Virus record (IMG/VR): IMGVR_UViG_3300005403_000006
DNA length: 64,000 bases
DNA from: a virus
Reading direction: 5' to 3' (one strand)
The notes beneath the pieces were generated by a model that worked only from the letters and a program-made list of their open reading frames with translations, did no database searches and was not told where the DNA came from. Both the position numbers and the translations under genes were made by a program. Position 1 is the first letter of the stretch. Every line of letters starts with the position of its first letter. Of this stretch, positions 53,623 through 62,386 are shown piece by piece.

Positions 53623-54486
53623 TCACATTATTTTTTTAACTCCTGAATACGCTGATGGAACTAAATAATTATCAAAATTGTCTGTTGGATTTGCTGGCAA
53701 GCCACTTCTTAGTAGTTTACTTTTGGAACTGTTATTTTGTTCAAAATTGTATGATTTCATTTCAGAAGCATTATCTAACCACCCGAAGTTATTTAACCAA
53801 GTTGAAGGGTGTTTAATAAACTTTGGGTCTTTCCATCGTTCACTATTTTTTTGGGAATGAATTGCTTTTCTTATTTCAAGCCAATTAGGGACATTATCTT
53901 GTCTAGTACATATTCTATTCCAAATAGCTAAACATTTTCCTTTATCTATTTTCTTTGGGTATAATTTCCAAAATATTTCAAATTGAGATTTTTGTATTTT
54001 AGAATTTTTGGAAGTAATTGTTCTTTTTAATTTGGAATTATTATCAATTAAATTTCCAAAATTTTTCTTTATTATAATTTCTTTTTTATTATCATTTATA
54101 TTATAATCTATTATATTATTGTGTACAGATTCTTTACTACCCCCCCGTACAGATTCTTTACTACCCCCGTCAAGTTTCTGTATGGGTAGTACAGATTCTT
54201 TACTACCCCTGTAAGATACAGCCCTATACTTGTTCCACGTGATATTGTTTTTTATTTCCTGCTCTTTTATTAAATATCCTTTATCTACTAATTTTTTCAA
54301 AACTTCAATTATTGTGGTACGAGATACATTTACCCATTTAGTTAAGTAATTTATGCTTCCTATAAATTTAGAAGTGTTGTCTTGGGAAAATCCATAAATA
54401 ATAGCAAACACCATTAATTCATTTCCTTTTAATTCTAAATCAGTTACCATCCACGATTGAACAGTAAAGTACGTCCCTTCTTTCAT
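53623..54486 (-). CDS. replication initiator / replisome organiser (N-terminal winged-helix)
   Basis: The N-terminus, VFAIIYGFSQ...INYLTKWVNVSRTTIIEVLKKLVDKGYL, looks like a winged HTH. The central region has the GSKESV triplication and an Asn/Ile-rich linker encoded by iterons plus an AT-rich tract. Confidence 0.55.
   Translation of the reverse strand: MKEGTYFTVQSWMVTDLELKGNELMVFAIIYGFSQDNTSKFIGSINYLTKWVNVSRTTIIEVLKKLVDKGYLIKEQEIKNNITWNKYRAVSYRGSKESVLPIQKLDGGSKESVRGGSKESVHNNIIDYNINDNKKEIIIKKNFGNLIDNNSKLKRTITSKNSKIQKSQFEIFWKLYPKKIDKGKCLAIWNRICTRQDNVPNWLEIRKAIHSQKNSERWKDPKFIKHPSTWLNNFGWLDNASEMKSYNFEQNNSSKSKLLRSGLPANPTDNFDNYLVPSAYSGVKKIM
54123..54209. repeat. three 21-22-bp direct repeats GTACAGATTCTTTACTACCCC (iteron-like) inside the initiator gene
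   Basis: The copies lie at 54123-54144, 54147-54168 and 54189-54209. They sit next to a very AT-rich tract of about 120 bp (54001-54122). Confidence 0.8.
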
Positions 54487-54509
54487 AATTCCTAATTATT
54501 AGTAACGCA

Positions 54510-54558
54510 AAAACCTTTTAGCGTTCGGAGTGGCAGTTCCTAATAGCTAAAAGGTTTT
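54510..54558. terminator. 13-bp perfect hairpin (bidirectional terminator or attenuator) just upstream of the initiator gene
   Basis: AAAACCTTTTAGC-(23 nt)-GCTAAAAGGTTTT has T-runs on both strands. It ends 23 nt before the ATG at 54486. Confidence 0.45.
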
Positions 54559-54619
54559 GTTTTTATTATTTTGTATATTTTTAAACATCTGCCACAATGT
54601 TTTTTAATTTCTAAAGAAA

Positions 54620-54669
54620 GTGAGCGGGAGGTAAAACGTACAAAATCTTCCTCCCTTTAAGTTTCTCAC
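54620..54669 (-). terminator. nested stem-loop downstream of the primase gene
   Basis: On the minus strand, GTGAG-9nt-GGGAGG-18nt-CCTCCC-g-CTCAC is followed by TTTCTTT. Confidence 0.4.
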
Positions 54670-54715
54670 TTGAACTGCAAATGTAACTATAATATTTTGA
54701 TTGTGCAAATAAATA

Positions 54716-55624
54716 TTATCTGTACTTCCCTTTCAATATATTAGATACTAAGGTGTTAGCTTCACTTTGCAGCATACTACCAGGGTCATTAACTATTGGT
54801 ACTCTATACGCTGTTACTCCTCTAAATTTTAAATCAGCCACTAATTTATTAGCCTGAACGATAGCTTGTGGGTCATCGTCGTAGCATACTGCAACCTCTT
54901 TAAAATTATTTGCTATTATTCTTACTTGTTTGCTTTTGTACTGTATTCCTGATGTTGCAAAACTTTTAGTACCTAATCGCCATACATCAGTAGGGCCTTC
55001 AACACATATCCCAATACTATCCCATTCAGATTGTTTACCATACAGTATTTCTTTATGAGGAATTTCCTCAATCTCCTTAGGGCAGGCTTGATACTTGTTA
55101 AGATGTTTATCAGTTGCATCCCTACTATCGAAGGTTACTATCTTACCATCCCATTCAAAGGGTATTAGAATACGATGTTTATAATTAAGTTCTTTTAACA
55201 TTGCAAGAGGCCCTAATGATTGCAGTTTCCATAGTTCCTCTAAATAATCAGGGTCAAAGTTTCTCCCTTCTAAATACTTTTTATGATGAGGAAATAAAGG
55301 ATGAACATCATTTGGAAAAGTAAAAGGAATTTTATCAGTTTTAGGAGGCTTCGTCTGTGGTGTTAATGTTATTCCATATTGTTTTACTAAAGTGTAGGAT
55401 TGTGATTTGCTTATATGTAGCAGACTTGAAATGCCATCTATGATAGTATGATGTCCACACCTCCAGCAATAATAGTAATTTTCCTCTATATTAAACCCTA
55501 AATGTAGTCCCTCATTACCAGTGCAAAAAGGACAGGCTGTATTAGCCCATCCTTCCCTACAATGTTTATGTCCTTCTGTTCTGTAAGGGATAGAGTAATC
55601 CCGATAAAGGTGTTCTATATCCAT
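54716..55624 (-). CDS. DNA primase (zinc finger plus TOPRIM)
   Basis: The zinc finger is CPFCTGNEGLH...CWRCGHH. The TOPRIM motifs are VCVEGPTDV and CYDDD. Confidence 0.75.
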   Translation of the reverse strand: MDIEHLYRDYSIPYRTEGHKHCREGWANTACPFCTGNEGLHLGFNIEENYYYCWRCGHHTIIDGISSLLHISKSQSYTLVKQYGITLTPQTKPPKTDKIPFTFPNDVHPLFPHHKKYLEGRNFDPDYLEELWKLQSLGPLAMLKELNYKHRILIPFEWDGKIVTFDSRDATDKHLNKYQACPKEIEEIPHKEILYGKQSEWDSIGICVEGPTDVWRLGTKSFATSGIQYKSKQVRIIANNFKEVAVCYDDDPQAIVQANKLVADLKFRGVTAYRVPIVNDPGSMLQSEANTLVSNILKGKYR

Positions 55625-55634
55625 GCGTTCTGTA

Positions 55635-55775
55635 TTATCTTAATTGTATTTCAATAATAGCTAATTGACCTACTACAGGCATCAATTCAAGGATAGCTTT
55701 ATCTTCTTTTTCAAATAGCAAATAATCATTTGCACGTTCAACCCTACCTCTTGCTACGAAAATAATAGTTTGCAT
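55635..55775 (-). CDS. small ORF (46 aa)
   Basis: My translation is MQTIIFVARGRVERANDYLLFEKEDKAILELMPVVGQLAIIEIQLR. It is preceded by AAAGGAG. Confidence 0.3.
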   Translation of the reverse strand: MQTIIFVARGRVERANDYLLFEKEDKAILELMPVVGQLAIIEIQLR

Positions 55776-55803
55776 CCGTTTAATTTCTCCTTTAGAATAC
55801 AAA

Positions 55804-56115
55804 TTAATGATAAAAAAATCTTCTATGATGTTTTTTATTCTGAATTCCTTTTATTATTAAATGGCTTCCAATGCTAAGTGTGGCAGTTAATAAATAACCA
55901 GTAAGCATTGTCTGATTCATTTTCTTGGTGGAATAATTTTCAAACTTAGGCTGATTTAAAATTACCTCATTGTAGGTAAATCCACTAAACATAATAATTA
56001 TTGGAACAGATTTGCTAGGATCTTTTAAGTTAAACCTATCTTCATTATTTGCCCATTGAGCAAATAAACTATGATTTAAAACTAAAACCATAATTAATAT
56101 CACTGTTTTTTTCAT
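55804..56115 (-). CDS. secreted/membrane protein
   Basis: Has an N-terminal signal-like helix (MKKTVILIMVLVLNHSLFA) and a C-terminal hydrophobic helix. Confidence 0.5.
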   Translation of the reverse strand: MKKTVILIMVLVLNHSLFAQWANNEDRFNLKDPSKSVPIIIMFSGFTYNEVILNQPKFENYSTKKMNQTMLTGYLLTATLSIGSHLIIKGIQNKKHHRRFFYH

Positions 56116-56561
56116 ACTTGTAATTTTTTAATTTGATTATTTACCTTTTCATAATATTTTTTAGTGCCTACATATTTCATTCCTTTAGGCCCTCCATTCC
56201 ACTCTCGGCATATTTGTTCTAATTTTTCAGGAGGATATTGTTTTGCATAGTACATGAAAACTTCCTTGGCTTTTATTGGGTCCTGCATTTGGGTTAAATA
56301 GTATCGTGTTCCCGTCCGTTGAAAATAGTCGTCCAACCTAATTTGCCTAATCTGAACTATTCCATAAGCTTGTTCTATTCTATTAACTGCATTAGGGTTA
56401 TTTCTACTTTCAACATACGCCGTAGCCTCAAAAATAGCATCATACATTTTGTCCACAAAATACGTAGTGACAAAATTAAATTTAAGTTCCTCCGGCATTT
56501 CTGGGCAATACGCTGGACTAAATGTAATCCACATTCCTAAAATCAATATCAATGTTTTCAT
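56112..56561 (-). CDS. lytic transglycosylase (SLT-domain) with a signal peptide
   Basis: ATAYVESRNNPNAVN and AYGIVQI match the SLT catalytic Glu-Ser and GLMQI-like blocks. Confidence 0.65.
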   Translation of the reverse strand: MKTLILILGMWITFSPAYCPEMPEELKFNFVTTYFVDKMYDAIFEATAYVESRNNPNAVNRIEQAYGIVQIRQIRLDDYFQRTGTRYYLTQMQDPIKAKEVFMYYAKQYPPEKLEQICREWNGGPKGMKYVGTKKYYEKVNNQIKKLQV

Positions 56562-56577
56562 AATTTCCTGTTTTTAA

Positions 56578-58359
56578 TTATTTATTTTTATAATGATTTA
56601 CCAAATCATATAATAGACTTGTATCTTCTTGAATTTCTCCATCTAATACTTTATCAATATTTCCCTGTTTTTTATGTAACATTTTTGCAATAACTTCCTC
56701 AACGGTGTTTAAAGCTGTAAAGTTAAATACCATTACTTTTTTTAGTTGTGTTATCCTATGTACTCTATCAATGCGTTGGGATAAGGGCCCTGGGTTCCAT
56801 GGATATTCTACTATCCCTATATTTGATGATGCAGTCAAAGTTAATCCTACCTCAGCTCCTTTATTTCCTACAAATAATTTTATCCTGCCGTCATTTTGAA
56901 ATGATTCTACTGCCTTATTCCTGTTTGCAGTAGAAACTCCTCCATGAATATACACAGATACTTTTTTAAAATAATTAGCAATATCCTCTACTGTTTGAAC
57001 ATGTTCACAGAATAAAACTAATTTTTCACCACTTTCTAAAAAGTTTTCTATCCATTCTATTAGTGCTTTAAATTTACCTTTAACCGCTAGTTGTTTTAGT
57101 ATTTCAAAATGTGTCAGTGCATTAGAGGTTTTTACTTTTTCATCCTGTAATTTTTTTAATTTATAGTCATTTATTTCAATGGGACTATCCTCAGTAAAAT
57201 ATTTACGTAGTTCTTTCCTTAAATTAATCTCTACTCCCTTTTTAATGTAGTTAATAAAATCATTCATTGCCTCATTATATTCTTTTTCATTATCCATTTC
57301 TAATGAAACAAAAGAATACTCTTTATCAGGTAATTCTGTTAAAACATCCTTCTTTTTTCTTCTTATCATTACATTTTGAACCAATATAGCATGTAATTCC
57401 TTTGTATTAGTTGCTCCATCATACGTCATTGCAAACCCATTACTTTTTGGGGCGCAGTACCTGTTTTTAAATACCCATTCAGAAATAAATATATTTTTAT
57501 TTATTATTCTAACTCCGTTGTATATATCAAATGTCCTTTTTTCAATAGGAGTTCCCGATATTCCAATTTTATGTGGAATATTTTCAGACAATCTATCTAC
57601 TGCGGATGCACGTAGGGTTTTTTTATTATTTATAAAATGAATTTCATCCATTATAAGAATTTGCGGATTTAAGTCTTTTAAGAAATCAACGTGTCCAGAA
57701 TATGGAATATCAATCATTATAGGCTTATCTTTTTTATCAAACAGTAATTCACCTTTACTATTTGTCTTTTGTATTTGCAAATTTCCTAATATATTGTAAT
57801 TAATAATAATAATATCTCCTGTATAATTAGTATCTTCCTTTCTAAACCCATAAATTGTTTGTACATTTTGTTTTCCCATCCATTTAAGTACCTCTAATTC
57901 CCAATTTATTTTTAAAAATGAAGGACATACAACTATAACAGGGCGTACATTTTTATGTATCATTATCCATACTAATGCTTGTAAAGTCTTTCCTAGCCCC
58001 ATTTCATCAGCCAATAAAGCACATCCTTTAAAATACTCTATTAATTTAACGCCCTCAATTTGATATGGTTTAATAACTCCTATTAATTTTTTAGGAATTT
58101 CTATATTGTTGGAAGTATCTTCTACTGTATTATCTTTAATATATGTATGTACTGCATCTACCAAAAAACCCCAACTTTCTAATAATTTTATGTTTTCTAA
58201 AGTAAGTGCGGCACTCCAAAACTTATTAGTAGAATGCCATGTCCTTCCTGTCAATGTTCTAACCTTATCCAAAGTGTCAGCATTAAATGGAAATTCAATT
58301 TTGATTCGAGTATCTTCCTTTATTTTTATAATACCTGTTGTTTTGGTGTTCTTAGCCAT
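56578..58359 (-). CDS. SNF2-family helicase
   Basis: LADEMGLGKT (motif I), MDEIHFINN (DExH), and C-terminal helicase motifs including QRIDRVHRITQ. Confidence 0.9.
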   Translation of the reverse strand: MAKNTKTTGIIKIKEDTRIKIEFPFNADTLDKVRTLTGRTWHSTNKFWSAALTLENIKLLESWGFLVDAVHTYIKDNTVEDTSNNIEIPKKLIGVIKPYQIEGVKLIEYFKGCALLADEMGLGKTLQALVWIMIHKNVRPVIVVCPSFLKINWELEVLKWMGKQNVQTIYGFRKEDTNYTGDIIIINYNILGNLQIQKTNSKGELLFDKKDKPIMIDIPYSGHVDFLKDLNPQILIMDEIHFINNKKTLRASAVDRLSENIPHKIGISGTPIEKRTFDIYNGVRIINKNIFISEWVFKNRYCAPKSNGFAMTYDGATNTKELHAILVQNVMIRRKKKDVLTELPDKEYSFVSLEMDNEKEYNEAMNDFINYIKKGVEINLRKELRKYFTEDSPIEINDYKLKKLQDEKVKTSNALTHFEILKQLAVKGKFKALIEWIENFLESGEKLVLFCEHVQTVEDIANYFKKVSVYIHGGVSTANRNKAVESFQNDGRIKLFVGNKGAEVGLTLTASSNIGIVEYPWNPGPLSQRIDRVHRITQLKKVMVFNFTALNTVEEVIAKMLHKKQGNIDKVLDGEIQEDTSLLYDLVNHYKNK

Positions 58360-58384
58360 TTGTACATTTTTTTAATATTGAGTA

Positions 58385-58415
58385 CAAAGATAACATTATC
58401 TTTTTAATAAACAAA
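58385..58415 (-). promoter_or_regulatory. Bacteroidota-type promoter TTTG-N19-TATCTTTG
   Basis: The minus strand reads AAAAAAGTTTG-(19 nt)-TATCTTTG, 25 nt before the SNF2 helicase ATG. Confidence 0.7.
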
Positions 58416-58514
58416 CTTTTTTAAAACTTTTTTTAAAAATATGTATAACCACAAAAAAGGCACAGTATTAACGCTGTGCCTCAGTTACTGCAATAGTATA
58501 TATTACTACTTTTT

Positions 58515-59009
58515 TCAACTTCTTTGTTTCTTCCTTACTTCTGTAATTTCATCAATTATCATATAAGCTATTCCAATTGATTGCTCCAAAGTTAATTCTT
58601 TAGGTAATTCTGCTTTTGTTAGCCGTTCAAGAGGATGTGGATAAGGCAATGACATGACTTTTTCCTCAAATTCTTTTAAAACTTCACGCCGTCTTTGTAA
58701 TGTTAAGGAGTATTCTTTTTTAAGGTTAGTCAATTCCTGTGTTACAATTGATTCGTTCTCTCCAAAGAAATGACGCCCTTTGTCTTGGTTCAAAGAATAC
58801 GTTTCAACTATTGTTTCCTCTTTTTTCTTAAATTCTTTGTAATCCTCTGCCTCCTCAATTGTTTCATACAATGCCTTTAAAGTGGGCTGGATTCTTTGTG
58901 CATTAGTTAACGTCTTTGAACGGAATGGTTGTCCGTTAATTTTACCACAATTGTAAATACCTGCTAATAGTGTATCAGCTTGTCGGTAACTTAATTGTCC
59001 TTTTTCCAT
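58515..59009 (-). CDS. hypothetical protein
   Basis: 164-aa ORF on the coding strand. Confidence 0.5.
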   Translation of the reverse strand: MEKGQLSYRQADTLLAGIYNCGKINGQPFRSKTLTNAQRIQPTLKALYETIEEAEDYKEFKKKEETIVETYSLNQDKGRHFFGENESIVTQELTNLKKEYSLTLQRRREVLKEFEEKVMSLPYPHPLERLTKAELPKELTLEQSIGIAYMIIDEITEVRKKQRS

Positions 59010-59569
59010 AATTTGAATTGTTTTAATTTGATTAGTACTCCAAGTTTAAATTGATTTTCGTATATATTATATCCTGCTAAATATGTGTTTTGATTGTACG
59101 TGTATCCTGCTAATACTGAAATTTCGTGATACCCTGCCATTAATCCTAATGACAAACCATTTGATGTTTCCTTGCATTCTCTTATGTTCTGAATAATAAG
59201 TGACTTACTTAGTATTCTATTAGCAAAAATTGATGTTTCCTCATGTACCTTTACATCATTTGCTGTTGTATCTAGTGTATAGTTCTTAATTAATAAGTAA
59301 TCAGCTACAATTGCTGTGGTATCGGCAGGAATTATAACATCAATAGAATCGTGGATTGTTATTATTTTGTATGTTCCTGTATCACGGTAAATTGTAGTAT
59401 CCTTATATACAATTTTAGGTTTTTCTGTACTACTTACAGGAGGAAGATATTGTGTTATTATTATAGGCTTTGTATTAGTGTTAACAGTAGGTTCTTCCCG
59501 AAAGAAGAACCATCCTGCTACTAAACCCAACATCAACCCAACTATTATGAAAAAACCATTTGTTTTCAT
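58991..59569 (-). CDS. membrane-anchored protein in the lysis cassette (spanin-like role possible)
   Basis: Has an N-terminal TM helix (FFIIVGLMLGLVAGWFFF) and a beta-rich C-terminus. It is adjacent to the CHAP hydrolase and the holin-like gene. Confidence 0.35.
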   Translation of the reverse strand: MKTNGFFIIVGLMLGLVAGWFFFREEPTVNTNTKPIIITQYLPPVSSTEKPKIVYKDTTIYRDTGTYKIITIHDSIDVIIPADTTAIVADYLLIKNYTLDTTANDVKVHEETSIFANRILSKSLIIQNIRECKETSNGLSLGLMAGYHEISVLAGYTYNQNTYLAGYNIYENQFKLGVLIKLKQFKLWKKDN

Positions 59570-59570
59570 T

Positions 59571-60110
59571 TTACACTTGTTTCAGATGTACAAAGCCTAA
59601 ACACACCAATCCATTTTGAATAGGTTCAAAGTTAAGTGCCCTACTTTTTTCATCAACAATAACACCTTCTCTACCCCCAGCATCATTTGTATTCCCGTCA
59701 ATCGTAATTACTTGATTAGTTTTCCTATCATAACTCTTTCCTATTGCAATATGTCCCGTCCAATGCGCTGTACCATCTTTATAGGTTTGAAAGGCTACTA
59801 AGCAACCTGTTTCGAATTTTCTATCTACGATAAAATCCTTAGTCTTTTGAAAATTACGAAAGGTAGTTACTGCCGAAGCATTGAAAAGGTTCTTTAATCT
59901 GGAAAACAATGTAGCATCCCAATTTTGGTAAGCCTCTTCCCAAATCAATTCAGTAAATAAAGAACACCAGGCATTTCCTGATACGAAGCCTACAGTTTTC
60001 ATTCTTTCCTCAAATGACTTATCTTCAAATCCTAAATTAGGAGGAATTTCTTTTTGCCCTATTTCTTTTATTGCACGTAATAATACTTCCTGATTGATTG
60101 TAGTTTCCAT
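59571..60110 (-). CDS. CHAP/NlpC-P60-type peptidoglycan hydrolase (endolysin candidate)
   Basis: The Cys context GNAWCSLFTELIW and His context WTGHIAIG have spacing typical of CHAP amidases/peptidases. Confidence 0.55.
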   Translation of the reverse strand: METTINQEVLLRAIKEIGQKEIPPNLGFEDKSFEERMKTVGFVSGNAWCSLFTELIWEEAYQNWDATLFSRLKNLFNASAVTTFRNFQKTKDFIVDRKFETGCLVAFQTYKDGTAHWTGHIAIGKSYDRKTNQVITIDGNTNDAGGREGVIVDEKSRALNFEPIQNGLVCLGFVHLKQV

Positions 60111-60112
60111 GA

Positions 60113-60460
60113 TTACTTTTTTTGGAATATGTTAATACTTGTTTTATTTCTCATAAAAATAATAATACGGTCTAAAGTAGCACCTACTAATACTGCTAAA
60201 AACATATTTACTTCAAACGGGATACTAAGTTCAGGAGCAAATCTCGCTACTAAGAATATACACATTATTCCTGAAAAGAATCGGGTAAGGTTGTCTTTCA
60301 ACCAATACTTAAAAGATAGTGGTGCAATTTTCCTATCAGCTTTCTTTTTAAGATGTACCAACATTGAAAATATTTGCCCTAAAAAAGCAAATAAATAAAT
60401 AGAAAATAGGAAACTTATTGACATCGTTCCTAAAAGGTTGTTTAAAATTTCTGTTTTCAT
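60113..60460 (-). CDS. holin-like membrane protein
   Basis: 115 aa with about three hydrophobic helices, immediately upstream of the hydrolase. Confidence 0.45.
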   Translation of the reverse strand: MKTEILNNLLGTMSISFLFSIYLFAFLGQIFSMLVHLKKKADRKIAPLSFKYWLKDNLTRFFSGIMCIFLVARFAPELSIPFEVNMFLAVLVGATLDRIIIFMRNKTSINIFQKK

Positions 60461-60497
60461 AAGCTATTTTTAAAAAGGTTAATACAAATATACAACT

Positions 60498-60785
60498 TTA
60501 TTTTATAATAAAAAATCCGATGGTTGCAGTAGCAACAGTCCATAAAAACACAATAACCATAGCTCCTCCAAATATCCTGTTTTTATACTTTTCCATTTCG
60601 GCTTTGTGTGTATCACATTTAGATTCAAAATTTTCTTGTGCTTTTTCCACTATTTCTAACCTTTTTAAATACCCTACGGGATGAAATTCGTCACCTAATA
60701 AAGCTGTTTTAACTGACCGCATATCTTTTAAAAGAGCGGTTACTAATTCTCTTAATGACTTTACATCAGTTTCCTCTTGTTCCAT
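60498..60785 (-). CDS. tail-anchored membrane protein (lysis accessory?)
   Basis: 95 aa with a helical N-terminus and a single C-terminal TM (GGAMVIVFLWTVATATIGFFII). Confidence 0.4.
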   Translation of the reverse strand: MEQEETDVKSLRELVTALLKDMRSVKTALLGDEFHPVGYLKRLEIVEKAQENFESKCDTHKAEMEKYKNRIFGGAMVIVFLWTVATATIGFFIIK

Positions 60786-60803
60786 AATTTAGTTTTTATT
60801 AGG

Positions 60804-61454
60804 TTAAACATATCCTTCATTATTATCATAAGCACATCGTCCTAAAGTCGTTAATGCCGCCCACGCTGTATTATCTGTTACATTTGGAATATCGTCACCA
60901 TTATTTAATTTAGTACAAGCCCAATTTTGAACAGTCCACCGCTGGGTACCTATTACCACGGTGTCATAAACTCTACCATCATAGTCGGTTACAGTATCAG
61001 GAGTATCTGAACCATCGTATAGGAGGCGTATTGAAAATCCATTTGTTTTTAAATTTCCGAATGATTCCTGAAATAAATTATTACTAGACGATAACCCATA
61101 ACAAGGTGCGGTATATATATCATATTCATTTATATTCCAAAAATATGTATTATAATATAATAAACCAAACGTGCCATCTCCTTCATATCTAACACCTGAT
61201 GGTTTGGCAGTAAATCCAAAATCATCTGTTCCATTATTTGCGTTCCAAAGGCTTGTACTTTTTAACGCACTACCTTCAATACCTGAAAATCCATTAGCCG
61301 TTAAATAATCATTTAGAATATCACATTCTGCATTTGTTGGTACTTTCCAATCAGTAGGTGCAAAATTAGCATTACTCGCAGCATACCAATTGTAAAGGTA
61401 GCCATTAACAGCACTTGATAGTGCAATATTAAATATATAAGGGTTTATAATCAT
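60804..61454 (-). CDS. tail-fibre tip / receptor-binding protein with a Fibrobacter-succinogenes-major-paralogous-type domain
   Basis: GYLYNWYAA...APTDWKVPTNAECDIL...GFSIRLL is followed by YDGRVYDTVVIGTQRWTVQNW. These are the hallmark blocks of that domain, but in swapped order. Confidence 0.55.
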   Translation of the reverse strand: MIINPYIFNIALSSAVNGYLYNWYAASNANFAPTDWKVPTNAECDILNDYLTANGFSGIEGSALKSTSLWNANNGTDDFGFTAKPSGVRYEGDGTFGLLYYNTYFWNINEYDIYTAPCYGLSSSNNLFQESFGNLKTNGFSIRLLYDGSDTPDTVTDYDGRVYDTVVIGTQRWTVQNWACTKLNNGDDIPNVTDNTAWAALTTLGRCAYDNNEGYV

Positions 61455-62386
61455 GTTCGGTATCCTTCAAGTTTAACAATAAGACCTGCTCCTGCAATAG
61501 TATTACCTACAGCATCCCTATCAATAGTAATTTCTGAACCTGCTGCTAATGCTGTATCTGAAATAACGGCTTGTGTGGCTGCCGTAGCTGTTGTTTTTTC
61601 TCCTGAATCAAAAGTTAATTTGGTACTTAAAATTGAAGTACCATTTTCATTAATATCTACCGTTACTAATGTGCCTCCTGTTCCAGCAGTTAAAAGCCAT
61701 GCGTAAACGGCTGTAAGTGTAATAGCGTGGCTGGTTCTAAAATAAGCTACGGAAGTAGCTACGGTTAAGGGAGTAGTTAAATCACTACAGGATAATTCCT
61801 TTTCCCAATATATTCTAGTAGTCAAATCACCTATTTCTCTCCAAACTGTTCCATCATATTCAAGAACTAATATATTTCCAACAACCGCAGTATAATCGGC
61901 TTCTCTTTTAAGATAAATAGGTTTATTAGTCCCTGATACTGTATAATTATGTTTTATTATTGGTGTCCCTGAAAATTGTAATTTAATTATATTTCCTGTC
62001 GTCCACAATGCAGCAATATCAATTAAGTTTATTTGAGTAGCTCCACTTACTACAAACGTATTTCCTGTACGAGTAGGAGCTATGTTATTGGCTGCTGCAA
62101 ACGTTGTCCCTACTGATTCATGTATTGATTTTCCATTTGTGTCTAAAAAGCCTCCAAGTTGGGGCGTAGTATCTTCAACTATATTGGATAATCGCCCATT
62201 TAAAGCAGCATATTGAGCCGCTGTCATGTGATACCGTTCTAATGCTACTCCCCCTTGAATTGTACTTAATTCATTGTGAGGAGGAATTACAGAAAAGGAA
62301 GAATCTCCACTTGATATAGGAGTTTGAATAAGATACTGGTCATAGTAATTCTTATTCCTATATTTATATGTTACTGTTACGTTCAT
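61451..62386 (-). CDS. tail fibre / virion structural protein
   Basis: 311-aa Thr/Gly/Ala-rich beta-type sequence that overlaps both structural neighbours. Confidence 0.4.
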   Translation of the reverse strand: MNVTVTYKYRNKNYYDQYLIQTPISSGDSSFSVIPPHNELSTIQGGVALERYHMTAAQYAALNGRLSNIVEDTTPQLGGFLDTNGKSIHESVGTTFAAANNIAPTRTGNTFVVSGATQINLIDIAALWTTGNIIKLQFSGTPIIKHNYTVSGTNKPIYLKREADYTAVVGNILVLEYDGTVWREIGDLTTRIYWEKELSCSDLTTPLTVATSVAYFRTSHAITLTAVYAWLLTAGTGGTLVTVDINENGTSILSTKLTFDSGEKTTATAATQAVISDTALAAGSEITIDRDAVGNTIAGAGLIVKLEGYRT

